The position numbers were made by a program, and so were the translations under genes. Of a DNA stretch of 64,000 bases, positions 24,851 through 39,340 are shown one piece after another (position 1 is the first letter of the stretch; each line of letters starts with the position of its first letter). Source of the stretch: Vicugna vicugna (Eukaryota); assembly GCA_013265495.1 (NCBI GenBank), contig MU058636.1:9688176-9752175 (forward strand), in the 5' to 3' direction. The notes under the pieces were generated by a model. That model made no database searches. It worked only from the letters and a program-made list of their open reading frames with translations, and was not told the origin of the DNA.

Positions 24851-25954
24851 GAAATCAGAGAGTTCAGTCTTATTAAGTTGAAAAACACGAGGATTGTTAA
24901 GAGGTAATGTAGGCCAGGGTCAGATAGTAGAAAGCTCTGTATTACCTGGTGGAAAACGTGGACCTTGTTGTGGGTTTGAAGCAGAAAGGTGGCATGGCTT
25001 CTGTGTGGAAAACACCCAGGATTGGAGGCAGAGAGACTGTGGCTGTGGCATCTGTCCTGATGAGAGGCAGCGAGCACTGGGGTTCCAGGGTCAGATTAGC
25101 TGTTCTTGATTGGAATGTATTTAAGGTCATCTGTCTCCCTCGACTCTTAAGTAATCAGGAAGTTACTTACTGAGTACCTCCTGAATCTCTGAATGGATGT
25201 TCCTGGCACCTTGATACTGAAAAGTGGGTCCTGGAGAACACATGCTTGCTGTGGCCAGTGGGGTTATGTCAAATGATGGTTATTTGACAACTGTCTAACA
25301 ATTTCTGAGGAAGACAGACTTTCTCTTAATAGCATAGGTGGGGAGTGATGGGAGAGAGACCAGACTGCCACTTACTGAGCACCCAATCTGTGCAGAGCCC
25401 AGGGCTGGGGACATTTAATAGTTACTGTATCAGCAAGGTGGCAGCAGAGAGTCAACCTCTTGAAAGCCAAGCAGTCCTAATCAGCACGTAACGGGAAAGA
25501 ACCACGTGCAGAGATGATGAGTTGCTTATATTTTCCTCCCAGCATAAAAGTAGTAGATGATAAAAGAGGGCTGATGCTTGAGGTTGATAGGTTTGATACA
25601 AGTCCAATTTGATTAAGGTAATTATTGATGTGCCCCCAGGATGGAAATGGCACTAAAGGAAGCTGCAGTCTGATTAATTATATTGTGACAGGCTTGTCTG
25701 AAGTAATAGAAAGGCAATGTCTGCCTGGAGTTTAGAAGAAGTAGGATAAGGCAAGAGGTCTCAGTCAGAACATCCAAGGAAAGGAGTGACCATTTGAAGC
25801 TGATGCGTGCATTGCCATCACCGAGTTTCTAAGTGTCTAGAAACACATTAGACTGTCCTGCAGCTTGGATGTAATAGTCCTCCCAATTATTGAACACTTT
25901 TCTCTCGAAGTATAAGCACATTAAATAATCTCCTTTGCATCAGAAGAGACAGAA

Positions 25955-26710
25955 TGACATAGCGGTAAACTGCGGGCTCTGCCTTCAGCTCCCCTCGGTC
26001 GGTATCTTGGCTCTGACACTTACAAGAGTGACATGTGTTAGTTATCTGTGATGCATAACAGATTCCCCCAGACCTCGCAGTTCGAAACAGTGCACATCTA
26101 TCTCGCAGTTTCTGTAGGTCAGAGAGTTAGAAGTGACTAAGCTGGGCAGTTCTGGCTCAAGATGTGTCCTGTGGTTTCTGTCATCTGAAGGCTTGACTGG
26201 GGCAGAAGGACCCACTTCCAGGGTGGCCCACTTACACGGGAGGCATATTGTGCTGGTTGTCGGTCCTCCCACGTGGGCCTCTGTACAGGCAGCGTGAGAG
26301 TCCTGAAGGCGTGATGACTGGCTTTCCCCGGAACGGGCATTCCAAGAGAGAGCTAGGAAGAAAGGGCGATGTCTTTTGTTCTAGACTAGGAAGCATATTC
26401 CATCTCTTACACCACATTCTGTTCATTAGAACTGAATCTCTAAGTCTGATTCAAGTCAACGGAGGGGAAGATTATACTCCACTTTTTGAAGAGAGGAGTT
26501 TCAAAGAATTGTACACATGATTTTGTTATGTACCATCACACTGTGTGACCTTGGGCAATTTATTTAAAGATCTCTGTGTTCCAGTTTCTTCATCAGTAAA
26601 ATAGAAATAATATTTGTATCTGCCTTATAGAGTTTTAAGAATAAAGTGAATTAAAGACCTTTTAAGAGTACAGGATGTATAATAAGAGTGCAGTAAATAT
26701 TAGCAACTGT
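25955..26710 (+). mobile_element. MIR SINE split by an MLT1 LTR
   Basis: The 5' half (gacatagcggtaaactgcgggctctg...tcttggctctgacacttac) ends near 26030. The 3' half resumes at 26541 (ctgtgtgaccttgggcaatttattt...cagtttcttcatcagtaaaatag). Confidence 0.8.
26034..26540 (-). mobile_element. MaLR solo LTR (MLT1F/H-like)
   Basis: TG...CA termini. tgtgttagttatctgtgatgcataaca, tatctcgcagtttctgtaggtcag and tcatctgaaggcttgactggggc are MLT1 hallmarks. Confidence 0.85.
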
Positions 26711-29474
26711 TGCTGATGAACAACTCTACTCCGGACCTCCAGCGTGTGATGGAACTCATCTGGAGGTGAGAACAATTTATACTGGTATCGGTCACGGGCT
26801 CCTTTTAAATTGATCGTTGTTATAAGCAACAGAGCCGTATCCTCCTGTTGGCCTCTGATGAACCTAGATGCTCTTCTTGCCTAGGCTCGGGGTCCAGGCC
26901 AGGCAGCATGTTATCCTTGTCTCGCCAGAGGCCGTGGTCTGGAAAGTCAGCCAGGCTAGGTGACTTCTCAGGTTCAGTGGCATGGAGATGAGGAAGACCA
27001 AATGGCACGGAGGGGTCCTGCAGAAATCAGAGGTGTTAAGTCTCAGCTGAGCCAATGGGAGCCAACCAAGAACCCTTGAATAGATCCTTTCAGATTCTTA
27101 GGGTGGCTTCATTGAGCCAGGACTTCTCCAGGTCTCTGTCCTGAAGTCACCGCCAAAAGCTGTGTCTCTGACATCGCAGGAAAGGGATCCAGGGCCGGAA
27201 ACCACTTCAAAAATCACCCACCTCAGTCCCACCTCTGAGAACTGAGCAATCAGGAACAAATGGTGCAGGGACGTTCAGGAACCTGGCTACCAAACTGTCC
27301 TTAGAGAAATCAAATTAATAAATATTTATTAAGGTATCTAGCGTGAGCAAGCCACAATATTTCCTTAATTGGAAGAAACTCTCTGATGGCCACAGAATGA
27401 GTAGAATTTTAACCCATGTAGGATCTTAGAGAGATTAATTGCTATCTGCCACAGTCAAAATTCGCAGTGATATTCCAAGAACACGTGTCAGGAAGTTGGA
27501 TGAGGACAGAGTTTTGAACTTTTTACTCACAAATGCACTGACTGTTCCGACTAGAAACCAAAATCACTGCCCGCTCCTCACAGGTACAGCCCTCACACCA
27601 GCGAGCTTGTCTTCGAAACGAGAGGAGTTTGAAAGGCTGTGCAAAGACTCCAAGTCCCAGGAACTAACCAAATCAAAGTTAGACATTCAGAGCTTTTCTT
27701 CTGCTATATAAAGCGACATAATGACTCATTACAAGGGAGGCGAGACCACCAGGAAGCATGGAAGTCGCCCTCCAGCGTGCGTGCGTGGTGGCTGCCCCTT
27801 CCCTGAAAGAAATGTCCCTTCTCTTCAAAGGCAGTGTCCAAGTCATTTATAGATTTTAATACAAGTGAAAATTTTTATTTCTGGTCTGATATTTGTATTA
27901 ATGTAGTTTCTCCAGATAGGACGCTCTCCACTAACTTAATAGAAGTCTCGGCTTCAGGACCAACACTGGGAATTTTCTATGCGCTCCATTACTTAGGGAG
28001 AGCTGAAGATATTTGGATATGGAATATTATGACCAAGTTCTAGCACATAATTTTCAGGCAAAATTTACCTTTTTAAAGTGGATTACAAACCATGTAATTT
28101 CCCCCGGTGTTTATTCCCGTGAAAGAATGCCACCCGGGAACCGGGCTGAGGAACAAAGAGAGGAGCCTGTTCCTCGCACAAAGGTCTACGCAGGGAGGGC
28201 GGACGGCCCCGCACCGTGCGCAGATGCGTGCCTGTGAACCACGACCCTTCTTTTCTTCTTGGAAAATGTCCTCCAATTAGACGAGGACACGGGATGAACT
28301 GCTGCTAACTAAGTAAAAAGTCCGTTCCTTTCTGCAACAGTGAGTGCCATTGAGTTATACCAGCCATTCTGAATTCTTTCTCCTCCAAAGGCCCCATTTG
28401 GCCTCTCAGTCTCTTTCACAACCCCTCCTCCCCTCTCTTAAAAATGTTTCCTATTCACTGTGAGGCTCTCATCCAAGGAAAAGAGGTGGCGGTGAAGGAC
28501 CTGGGGGATGGGGAGCTGTTTTGGAGAAGAGAAGGGGAGGTGAGGGCTGCTCCCCACATAATCCATGGGTGCTTATTACAGGGCGCTTTTGGCAAACATC
28601 AAATTAAGACCGAGCATTCACCCCAACTCGCCGGAACGTGCAAATTCAGTTGACAGGTTAGAGGAGAGAGGTTTTAAAAAATTAAATTCTTTTCCCTGAA
28701 AATGTGGAATGATTTTAAAAGTGGTATCTAATGAGAATTTTTTTGCAGTTTGAGAAGCAAAGAGGCTGGAATAGAACGATTTCATATTTCAGATGCAGTC
28801 TGTGATAGCTGAATAACCTTCTTAGTTTGACTCACAGCCTCACACAATGCAGGCTTTCAACACATGAAGAGCCACAGCAGAGTTTTGGGCCATTTTCTCT
28901 TTTTATTCATTTTCCCAGTCCCAGCCCCCCCCCACCTCCACTCCCCCCACCCCATTTCCTCTGTCTGGGTGTGAATAGCTGAAGTGTGCCCACAATATGG
29001 ATGTACTAGACACATTGTTACCTCCCTTTTATCCAAGGCACCTGGCAGGGTCACCAGCCTCCCGAGTGCCCCGTGGAGTCTGGCTTAACTCTTTTGAGTG
29101 ACAGCTGTCCAAATACATTTTTTACAATGATTTTAACGAATATTAGAAATTAAAACCTAAAAAGAAAACAGATCCTGTCATGTTTTGTTGTGTGTCGTAA
29201 CCCCCTCTCCTCCTCCTCTCTTCTTGTCTCCTTTTCCCTGAGGTTCTTAACGTTGAGATGTGAGTTTGTTTATTTCCCCAGCGGAATCAGTGGGATAGTT
29301 AATTGCCTTTAAATCTAAGTCTGACAATATCTGCAGACGTCGTCACAAAACAAGCAGCCACACGCATTTGGTAAAGGGCAGAAAAGCCGTACACCACTGT
29401 ATAGCAAAGCACAGGAACTGCCAAATGCTCTGCATTTAGGGAGGCTGGAGGACTGACAATGTAACTGACTCTTC

Positions 29475-29600
29475 AGATTTCTGCTTCTGGCCAACATGGA
29501 GTGACAGGGACTGGATGTGCTCTCCTGTCTGAAGCAACCACAAACCCAAAAAACTGCATGAAATAATTGTTTCAAGACACTGGACAATAGGCAGCTTAGG
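29475..29600 (+). mobile_element. Short old L1 5'-end fragment
   Basis: ttctgcttctggccaacatggagtgacagggactgga...ttcaagacactggacaataggcag resembles L1M 5' termini. Confidence 0.5.
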
Positions 29601-30109
29601 ATAATTTAAGTCAGACGGAGATTTATTTTAGTTAGAAGTTGCAGTCTGGGTCATAAACAAAGAAGTTGGATCTCTTAACTTGCTGTGGGTGTAGCTTGTT
29701 GGCCACTCTGATTGTAGTGACCTGTGGGTACCTCCACTCTTGTCTAGATCAGCTGGGCGTCCTCGCCAAGTGCTACATGCCAAGATTCTGCAAGAAGTAT
29801 ACGAGAGAGGTTTTTCTGAGGACAGACCTTGATCTGCCTCATTTTCCTTGGGACCGAGTCTTAGGACAGAAGCTTAGCTTAATGAAGATGAGGGCAGACC
29901 TATCCTTGAACATGACCATGAACTGACCATGTTTGGAGCCACAGTAACAGGAGCTGCTGCCTTCGCCCCTTCACAGTAGGGCTGGCGATGGCCTCTCAGG
30001 GGCCCCTCCTGGACCAGGCTGCTTAGGGATCGAGAGTCTGTCTGTGGCTCGTAGCTTCCTCTCTTTCTTAGGATGTACTGATGGCCAGGTTAAAGATTAA
30101 GGTTTTCAA

Positions 30110-30300
30110 TTCTGGCTTTAAAAATAAGTGCAGATTGTAAGGGAGCTTCTGCAGGGCTGCTGATGTTCTGTTTCTTGTTCTGGATGATGGCTGCCGGTGT
30201 ATTCACTTCTTAATAGTTCATCAAACTGTACGCTGGTCATGGTGAATTTTTCTCTGTGAATATTAATAAGTTCAGTAAGAAGTTATAAAAAATAAGCATA
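30110..30300 (+). mobile_element. L1ME-like 3' terminal fragment
   Basis: gggagcttctgcagggctgctgatgttctgtttcttgttctggatgatgg...ttcatcaaactgtac. Confidence 0.6.
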
Positions 30301-30959
30301 CTAGCTCACGTTTGGATCCAGTTATTACTTTGTTGTAGAGAATGTGGGTAAAGCTTGAGTACTGATGATGCTCCGTATTTTTAATGGTGATCCTAGAAGC
30401 CTTACATTTTTTCAGGTAACAACAAAAATATTCAGTCTCTTCATTCCTGCAGGTGGAGACAAAGCTGTATCGTTCAATCCTATGCCCTTTGTCAGGAAAC
30501 GTTTATTTCTCAAATAGAAATAAATATTCTCACTGACAAGAGCATGGTGGCCACTGGGCTAGCAGAGGGGGATTATTGAGAAATTTCCTGATGGTCGGCA
30601 ACAGAATGCGTGGGAATTGGAGGGGAGGCCCTGCCTCGGGCCCGCAGCGTGGCGGTATGCTTCAGCTTCGTGGCCACTGCGCGGCCACCAGAGGACCTCT
30701 CTGGGCTGCCTGGGAGCAGGACGGTTGCCTTGCAGTGGCACAGAAGGTGACCTTGAGGGGCGTATCTGAGTCCCTGCTCTGGTAGCAAGGCTGGGAAGCT
30801 AGGAGCTGCCTTCAGATTGTCGTACAGCACCTGGGACTTGCGGGCTACACTGGGGCAAATAGTAGGGGGTGGATGTATGCTGACGGGAGGTAGTGGGACT
30901 GGATTTCCTGCTTTAGGACCACGTGAGGAATTTCATATTTTATTATAGGTCTCCACTGG

Positions 30960-31001
30960 TAAACGTTACCTCTCCAGATTTAAACGTTACCTCTCCAGAC
31001 T
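30960..31001. repeat. 21-bp tandem duplication
   Basis: taaacgttacctctccagatt / taaacgttacctctccagact (20/21 identical). Confidence 0.95.
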
Positions 31002-32844
31002 TATCTCGATGGTCATTTTCTAGTTACTATTCAGGAATTTTCTCATATATGTAGTACATATTTTCAACTGACAAGTGTCTACTTAAATTTCTCTGTCAGA
31101 ATTCAAAAAGATCAGAGAACTTATTCTAATTCAAGTATATCTACCAACGCTTTTATTTTCAAATCACTCGATGTTTTAAATATTGAGGGTACTTAGAAGA
31201 GATTTCAGCTGAAAGATTATATCTCCTGTAACATTTCGCTTTTCTAGCTATTAACTCATCCTAAATTTTAACTAAATCGTCCATCTCAGGGATTGAAGCA
31301 GAGACCACCCTTAAGTCAAAGCAGGAAGAGAGCAGGGGCTGTAGTACTTGGAGGATGAAGGATTTTCCGCTTTGCTCAGCTTTGGGGGATGAAGGAAATG
31401 ATATATCAAAGCCAGGACCGGCCTCCGCGCCCTGGGATATAAATACAGCGTGTTGTACAAAGAGTGGGCTGATCCCTGTGACGTGCGGACAGGAGAGAGC
31501 CCAGCAGTGCCTCCACGATGTATACATCCCTGGCTCCGGAAATCCTGCACTCCGACAGCAGGAAGCAGAGGAGCGCACCTAAATCCTGGGGCTTAGAGGA
31601 GGCTCCTACCTCACTGTTGGAGGAGGGCTAGCAGGCTGAGCAGAGGATGCTATGTGAACCCAAGTGAGAACAGAGGAGGAAATCAGTTACCCAAAACAAC
31701 GAGGCTCAGGAGGACAAGGCTTCCCCTCCAAGATTACAGGAAGCTGGTCTAGACCTCTGCAGCGGCGTGAACAGGCAGAGGAAGAAGTGTGGAGGCAGAT
31801 AAAGAGGGAGTCTGGAGCACTGGCTCTGCCTGTTGTAATTTGCCTGCCATGGGGTGAAGAATAGTGGGGAGCCCGGAAAAGGGCATGTGGCTCTGATGAC
31901 AGTGGGCGGGGAGCAGAGGCAGAGGGCACGGTTGTGAGGACTGGAGAGTTGAGGAATCTAGAAAACAACCTCTAGAAAATGACCGCCCCAGTGGGGTAAG
32001 AGGGGTAGTGAAGCAAGTTTTGCAGAGAGAAAGTCGGACTCACTCACACCTGCACTTGTGAGATTCAATTGGCAGCAAGGATTTTCAAACGTGAAACTGA
32101 GAATCACATTTTAAAGTGCCCCCAGGAAGAGCCACTCTGTGATGCCCACTGTCTTTAGCCCTGCTGAGTTGAGGTCTCCAGATGCCAGAGGTGACACTGG
32201 ATTTTACCCACAGCAGCACTGTTAATTCATTGCTAGATTCAAGCAAAACTTTTACTTGTTAAGTGACCAGTTGATTACCGTCACCCTTCTGAGATTCTAA
32301 CATCCAGGTGAACAGAAGGAAGACAGATCACCCAGCTTCCCATTCGTAATTCAACAACTGTACCTTCTTAAGACACTCTTCCGTCTGAAATACCAAAGTG
32401 ACTGAGACACAATATTACTAATCACATTACGAGCCCTTGGAGATTGCTTACTGGAAAGTATTTTGAGAAATTTACAGATGGGAAATGGAAGGCACCACAA
32501 GTCTGCTGGTCCTCTGCCCATTTTTTTTCAAAGGTAGGAAATGTCTCTTTTCACTGTGAGATTAGCTCAGCAGGCTACGAACTGTAGTGAGCAGACTGGG
32601 TCAAGTGTCAGGGGAGTGGAGTGAACAAAAGGGCGTGGTGGTCACCGCACAGAGGGCCAGTTCCAGGCAAGGGGGTCAAGTCTGGTCTCAGCAAAGTGCT
32701 TTTGCATTGCCTGCCAAGAAGATGGGGTTAATTAGGTAGGAAAGCGTAGGAGGAAACTGATGTTAGTGGAACATTTAACTGGATGCTTTAACATTGAACT
32801 GGATTCTGTATCAGACGGAGTGTGTGTGTGTATCTGTATTTACT

Positions 32845-32970
32845 TCTCACAACAACCCTGTGAAATGAGATTTAGTAGCCTCATTTTATAAATGGGAACA
32901 AACTCAGATTAAGTAAACTTGCCTCGTGGCACAGAGTTATTAAAAGACATAGTAAAGTTTAGAATAAATA
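32845..32970 (-). mobile_element. MIR SINE
   Basis: ctcacaacaaccctgtgaaatgag...cctcattttataaatgggaacaaactcag is the antisense MIR core. Confidence 0.7.
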
Positions 32971-34049
32971 TCTGACACTGCTGTGCTTTTATTTTTTACC
33001 TTTTTTTTACTTCTGTGCTTTTGCACTTCTAGAATAATTCACTCTTCTATTTAGTGTTAGCCAAATATATACATATATGTATATAATTTTGTTTTTATTT
33101 AAATAGTGGAGTTGGCAGACAGCAATGCTTCCTTGTGGATTATTTCAGGCACTTAGGAAAGAGGCGTGGAGAAAAGATATTATGGAGGGGGATTGTCTTA
33201 ACTTGCCAAGCTTAAAGCTTCCCCTGTGTGACAGCTGTCACCACTATTCAATAACCAGCTGTAAGCAGAGTGCCCAATCGCCCCCTCCATCTTCACTGGT
33301 CCACCACTGCATTGTACTCAGTATGTGGTCCTGGATGAATCTTTCTCTTAGCCCTCACTGTGAATGCTCAGGAGTGTGAAGCACTCAAAGCAGGAAATTG
33401 CACCATCAGCAACATTGTCTTTGAATGTTGACACTTGCTCAAGGTCAGGCCACCCCAGGGACCATCATCATCATCCTGTGACCTGTGCACGGCCCTGTGT
33501 TTCTGGAACCATTCCAGGTGTGGGAGGTGATGAGGTCTTGGAAAACTCTGCCCAGTGCCCTGGCTTGTAGAAGTGTGGCCAGATGGTTTTGTCATCTGCC
33601 CTTGTCCACACCATACTCTATTTGATGGGAATGAACCAAACGGGAACTCAGATTTACTGTTCGGAAAAATGCAGACAATCATATGCCCGTAGAGCACGTA
33701 GGGTTGCTGTGAACATTAAACACGTAATATACTAAAAGCACTTAAAGTGCTGTCTGACAAACTAACACCAATTAAATGTTAGTTATTATTAATTATTGAT
33801 ATTCTTGTCTTAAATGTGTGTTGTTTTCTAAATGACTTTAATTTTCATAGATTGTTAATAGACAGAATGACCTAAAGAAAATAAGCCCTAAAGATCCATT
33901 TTTCGCCACCTTTTTTTCTCTGCCACTCTTTCCTTTTCTCTTAAACGTCACAATTCCCTTTTGTGTTGTCACAAAAGCTGCTTACTTCAGTCGGCAGAGA
34001 TAGCATCATGCAGGGGACGATTAAAATGTCCTCCCTTGAAGTTGCGGGT

Positions 34050-37000
34050 TTTAAATTATAATATTTATTAGTAGGTAATCACGTGCGTATTAAAAACATA
34101 AAAGGTGCACGAGGACAAACAGTGAGAATATGGTCTCCCCCTCACCCAGATCCTTCATGATCAAAGTTCTCTCCCCCAGAGGCAATCCCTGTTGCCTGGT
34201 TCCTGGGCCCGCGTTAGACAGAAGCTGTACACGTGCACTCGGACCCTCACACTTGTGCTGAAAACGAATGATAGCATGCTATTCAGTGCTCAGTTCCTTC
34301 CTTCCTGGGTGGAAGAATTGTGCCTAATAGTTCACAGCTGTACATAAAATACTGCCCAATATTTTAAGTGACTATACCATATTCTTTAGTGTGGATTTAC
34401 TATAATTTATAATCTACTTCTTAAGGAATCGATATTTTGATTTTGTTATTACTGATAATGCTGTAGTGATATACTTGGTCTTGCAATTTTTTATCTTTTA
34501 CATATTAAATATTTTACTTACCTGATATTGATTTTCCTTATATGGATGAGGCAGGGAACCAACTTTATTTTTAACCAGGTTTGATGTGTTGAGTAATTGA
34601 CCTTTTCCCCAATGATTTGAAGTACACTTTTATCAGACACTCAGTTGTCCTACGTGTTTAGGCAGGAAACTACCATTTGAAAGTGTGGGCTTGGCAATCT
34701 GTCTGGGTCTGAACCTTAGCTCTTCCACTACCTAATGGCTTGAGTAAATTATTCAACCTCTTTTCCTCAATTTCCTCATCCAATAAGTGAGAACAAATAT
34801 AGTAATTTCATAGGATTACTGATAACATAGTAATGCAAGAGAAATACTGTGCAGGGCTTAAAATGCTGCCGGTTATATAATAACTTCTAAATAATATTAG
34901 CTCTCATTGTTTCCCTCCTTATTATTTCTGGCCTTTGTAATGTTTTTCTCAGTTATCTAACTCTGCAAGAATAATAAATTTGGTATTCAAGAATCTACTG
35001 AATTCATGAATTAACTAATATAGCTTTTTATTGTGTTTTAGTATCTGCTAGATTCTGTCCTTCCTCATTACTTTTTCAGACATTTCTCATAGTTCATGAG
35101 AATCGGCTTATGTGGTGAAAAAATATTGTTTGTGTTTTTGTTGGGAATAAATTAAATTAGAATATATTGACCAAGGAAGAACTGACATCTTTATACTGTT
35201 GTCTTCCTAGTCAAGATTTGACTGTATGTTCATATTTTAAAGTCTTTATTTATGCTTTTCAGTAGCATTTTAAGGTTTTCCTAAAGGCTTATTTCTAGCT
35301 ACTTTCATTAATATGTCATCAGTCTGGTTGTTTTTTGTATAAGTGAAGACCGTTCTTTTTACCCAGCTATTTTACTGAATTCTCTTACTATTTATTATGT
35401 ATTTTTCAGTTGATTCTCATAGGCTTTCCGGAGAAAACAATTGTTTCCAGAGAAACAGTCCCATCACCTGCAAAAATAATTCTGTCTCCTTAAATTTTAT
35501 GCCTCTATCTTTTTCTATTGTCTAACTGCAGTGACTGATCGCTGTGGAACACTGTAAACAATACCGCACACAAAGGACATGGTTTCTTGTTCCAGAGTTT
35601 AAAGATAATGCTTATTTAGCAAAGGGTGGTATTCATACACACACACCCACACACACATTCATACATCCTCCCTCTCTCTTTTTCTCTATCTCTGTATCTA
35701 GGTATATACTATATCAATATCTAAATAGATATTAAATACAGATGTGTATGTGTGCATAATTCATGTTAAGAAGTAGCTATTTTTAGTATTTTCGTATTTA
35801 ACATTTTTTATCTGGAATGGGCATTATGTTGTGTTAAAGACCTTTAAGCATCTATGGAGATAATAATATGAGGTTTCTTTTTCGACTAATTAATTTGATG
35901 CTCTACAGTAATATAGTAGTAGGTTTCCTAATATTCAATGATCTAGGCATTACTGGATGATTCTGATTTGCTGATATTTTATTTAAGGTTTTGCCTTGGT
36001 ATTCTTAAGTGACTGTGGTCTGCGGGTTTCCTTCTTTTTGCATGTCATCTTTTTGGAATTTTTATAGTCTAGCTTTGCAGGAAGTTTTTACAGACTTCTA
36101 TTTATGAAAATATGGTGTGTTATATATCTGAAAACAATTTTGCATTCCATAGCACATAAGAATGTTGAATAAAATAGTGGAAACATTTTTAAATTAATTA
36201 GATTTTTATCTCTTCCGGTGTCATTTTTGGAAATTTTTATTTCAATAAATGGGCATTACATCTTGGTTCCCAAATTTATTTGAACCACTCTTGTCTGAGT
36301 CCACTGAAGTCTTTGTGTCTATGATCATTTTCTATTACTTTTGATTTTGTGTATTTCTACTTAATACTTTCTTTATTAGGTAATTGTTTATTCATTTTAT
36401 TATTTTTAAAATATATAGCCCTTGAATTAATTAACTGTATTACTTTTGTTTTGAAATGATGAATCTCAATTTTCAAACTTATCATATCTTTTGTTATTGC
36501 TTTACTTTTATCATTTACTTTCTAGCTCCTTGAGATACATTTTTTCCCCAACATTTTACTGTAGTGAATTTTAAACAGAACACAGTTGAAATAATTTTAT
36601 GGGAAACAAATAGGCTTACTCACCTCCTAGAGACTCCAGTAACACTTTACTGTGCTCGTTTTATGACATGTCTCTCTCTCTATCCGTCCAGCAATTCATC
36701 TTACTTACTTTGTTGACTCATTTCAAAGTAAATTGCAAACATCAGTTCACTCCCCCTATTTCATGTACACATCGTAAAATAGTTAAATATTTGCTACAAT
36801 TTTTTCTTTTGGTATAAGATTTACATACAGTAAAACACTCAAATCGTAAGTATACTTTGCTAGGTTTTGACGAATACACACATATGTGTAACTGAGACCC
36901 TATCAAGATATAGAATATGAACCTAACCCCAGAATTTTCTCTCCCGCCCCTCTGACTCAGTCTCAGAGACTAGCACTACTCTGATTTTTTCTCACCCTAG

Positions 37001-37560
37001 GTTAGTTTTGCCTATTTCAGAAGCTCGTGTAATGTAGTCATACAGTATGCACTCTGTCGTGCAAGGTTCTTTTTCTCAGCCTGTTTTTGAGACTTACCCA
37101 TGTTGGTGCCTGCATCAGTAGTTCTTCCCTTGTTACTGCTTAGTAGCAGTCCCTGGTCTCCTATTATTAACAGACAACAAGCTTTTCCCTGGTGCAGACA
37201 TTTTGAATAAAGCTGCAGTGAGCAGTGTCGTCTACGTAGTTCTGCGGACATAGCTGTCATTTTTCCGAGGCCAATACTTAGGAGTGCAGGTTTTACAAGA
37301 CACTGCCAGAACTTTTCCCAAAATGATTTTTACCATATTCCCATCCACAATTTATGAGAATTCCAGTTCTATAGCCTTACCAACAGTTGCTGTGTTGTTT
37401 TTAATTTTCAGTTTCTAATTTTGTTCAACTGGTGAGGAGTAATGTTATCTCATTGTTTTAGTTTGCACCCCCTGGTGACTAACGAACGGTGTCAAGGGCC
37501 TATTCATGTGCTTACTGATCATTTATGTATATTTTTTGCTAAAGTTCATGCTTCTTGTTT
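34050..37560 (-). mobile_element. Cluster of nested, very old L1 (L1ME/L1MC-like) fragments with a MIR at about 34660-34900
   Basis: Antisense L1 3' UTR and ORF2 motifs (gaagaactgacatctttatac, agcatctatggagataat, ccctatcaagatatagaat, tttttgagacttacccatgttg, gtttgcacccctggtgactaa). Internal boundaries not resolved. Confidence 0.7.
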
Positions 37561-39234
37561 CAGACAAGAAATGGCTGATTTTGTATCTCTAAGGGACAGA
37601 CCTCACAGAGCTGAACTCTGTCGCGTCTCGGAGAGCTGCAGCTCTGAGCATCCCCACAGGGTACTTGGTCCTTCTTGCTTTGGTCAGCTCTCCTTATGTA
37701 CCATGTTTCAGGATTACACATACCTCCGAGTTTGCCATGGCTGGAGCTTGCAGTTCTGTTTCTGCTCCCTGTTATTCTACTCTGCAATTTTTCTATGATT
37801 CCAATGGTATTCTAAATGCCTTATTTTGAAAGGACCCAGAGCATTAACATTAATAATTTAAAAAATCCTTTCTTCCTCACTCAGATATCTCTGCCACAAA
37901 AGAATGGAGACATTTTTGTTGGTAAGTGGTTAAACTGTTGGGTACAGAGGGTCAGCTGGGATCATCGAAACTTTAGGTAAAACATCTTGAGTCCATTTTC
38001 ATGGAGGAGTGGTTAAAAAAAAGAGACAAGAGATGGTACCTACCCCAGCGCTGAGAGTCGGTGGGCACACACAGGTACAGATGAAGCACAGGTCTGCAGA
38101 TGACCTTGAATCTGATTGGGCAAGTGTCTGTTCTGAATTTTACTTTCTGTACTGTACTATTTTGTTACATATTTTGAGCATGACCCATCTACCCAACACA
38201 GAGTAGAGATTTGTTCATTGTTTGAATACTTCAGTCAGTGTGGAAGCCAGTTTGGAGGAGTTCTTGAATTTTTTCCACACTGACTACATTAACCAGGTAA
38301 TTGCCATATATCCAAAGTATTACCCGATGCTGACGCCAGCTTTTCTGTTTATTCCTCTCATTTCTTTTTGACTTTACAGACAAATTAACTCTGTGATGGC
38401 TTCGCTTCTTATCCAAATATTTTATTTATGAATAGGACCCTCTGATTCAGATTTTCTATATTAATGCCAAAGCACTGTTTATATACTAACAGTAAACTGG
38501 ACTGTTTATGCAATATAGCCAGCCTGGCTTGTCAAGGTTTCAGGGGAGCCCTTTTCTCAGGACATGAACGCTCTAGTGTTAGGGATCAATAAACCCTTTC
38601 AGAACCCACCACCAGTAGCCAAAACCTTTCTGTCCAGCCAAATCTACTCGCTTTGGCCCTTTTCTCCATCAAGGATTAAAGAAACAAACACAAAAACAAA
38701 AGCACCCTATTGAATCACACCCCTGAACTGTGTTAAGCCAATTTCTGTTGGGGCAATGGTGAGAGTTGTGATTGCCTTCAGATTAATTTTATCTTCCTCC
38801 AATGTCCATACAGAATGTTTCCACCCCACTTTCCACCCTGCAAGACTCGCTTAATTCACGTCTTATCCGGTAAGATTCTGCAGTGCATTTACTCAGGCTG
38901 ACATTTAATGAACATTTACCATGAGCCATGTGCTTCCCATGCCTTACCTCATCTGATCCTCAGAACCACTCCATTAGGCTGACTCATGCACTGAAGCATC
39001 TCCAGTTAAAGGACAGGAAGAGAATGACCTCAGACTCACAATATGGAAACTATTATATAAGACCTTGGGATTTCATAATTGTAAAGGACTTAAGAACATC
39101 TTCAAACATGAAATAGACCCATTCAGTCATAAGCAGATTTAAAGGCTTCCTCCTCAGTTCTCCCACGGCGCTCTGGTTTGGTCTACAGAAGTAGTAATCA
39201 TTTTGTATTGAAATTATTGGTTTATATATCTGTT

Positions 39235-39340
39235 GCCCAAGCCGGACTCTGATTTCTAAGATCAAAGACTATGTCTTATTTTTCTTTCATGCTCACTGTT
39301 TATCCCAGTACTGGGCATGTAGCAAGTGCTCAATAAACAC
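39235..39340 (+). mobile_element. L2 3' terminus
   Basis: gactatgtcttatttttc...tatcccagtactgggcatgtagcaagtgctcaataaacac. Confidence 0.7.
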
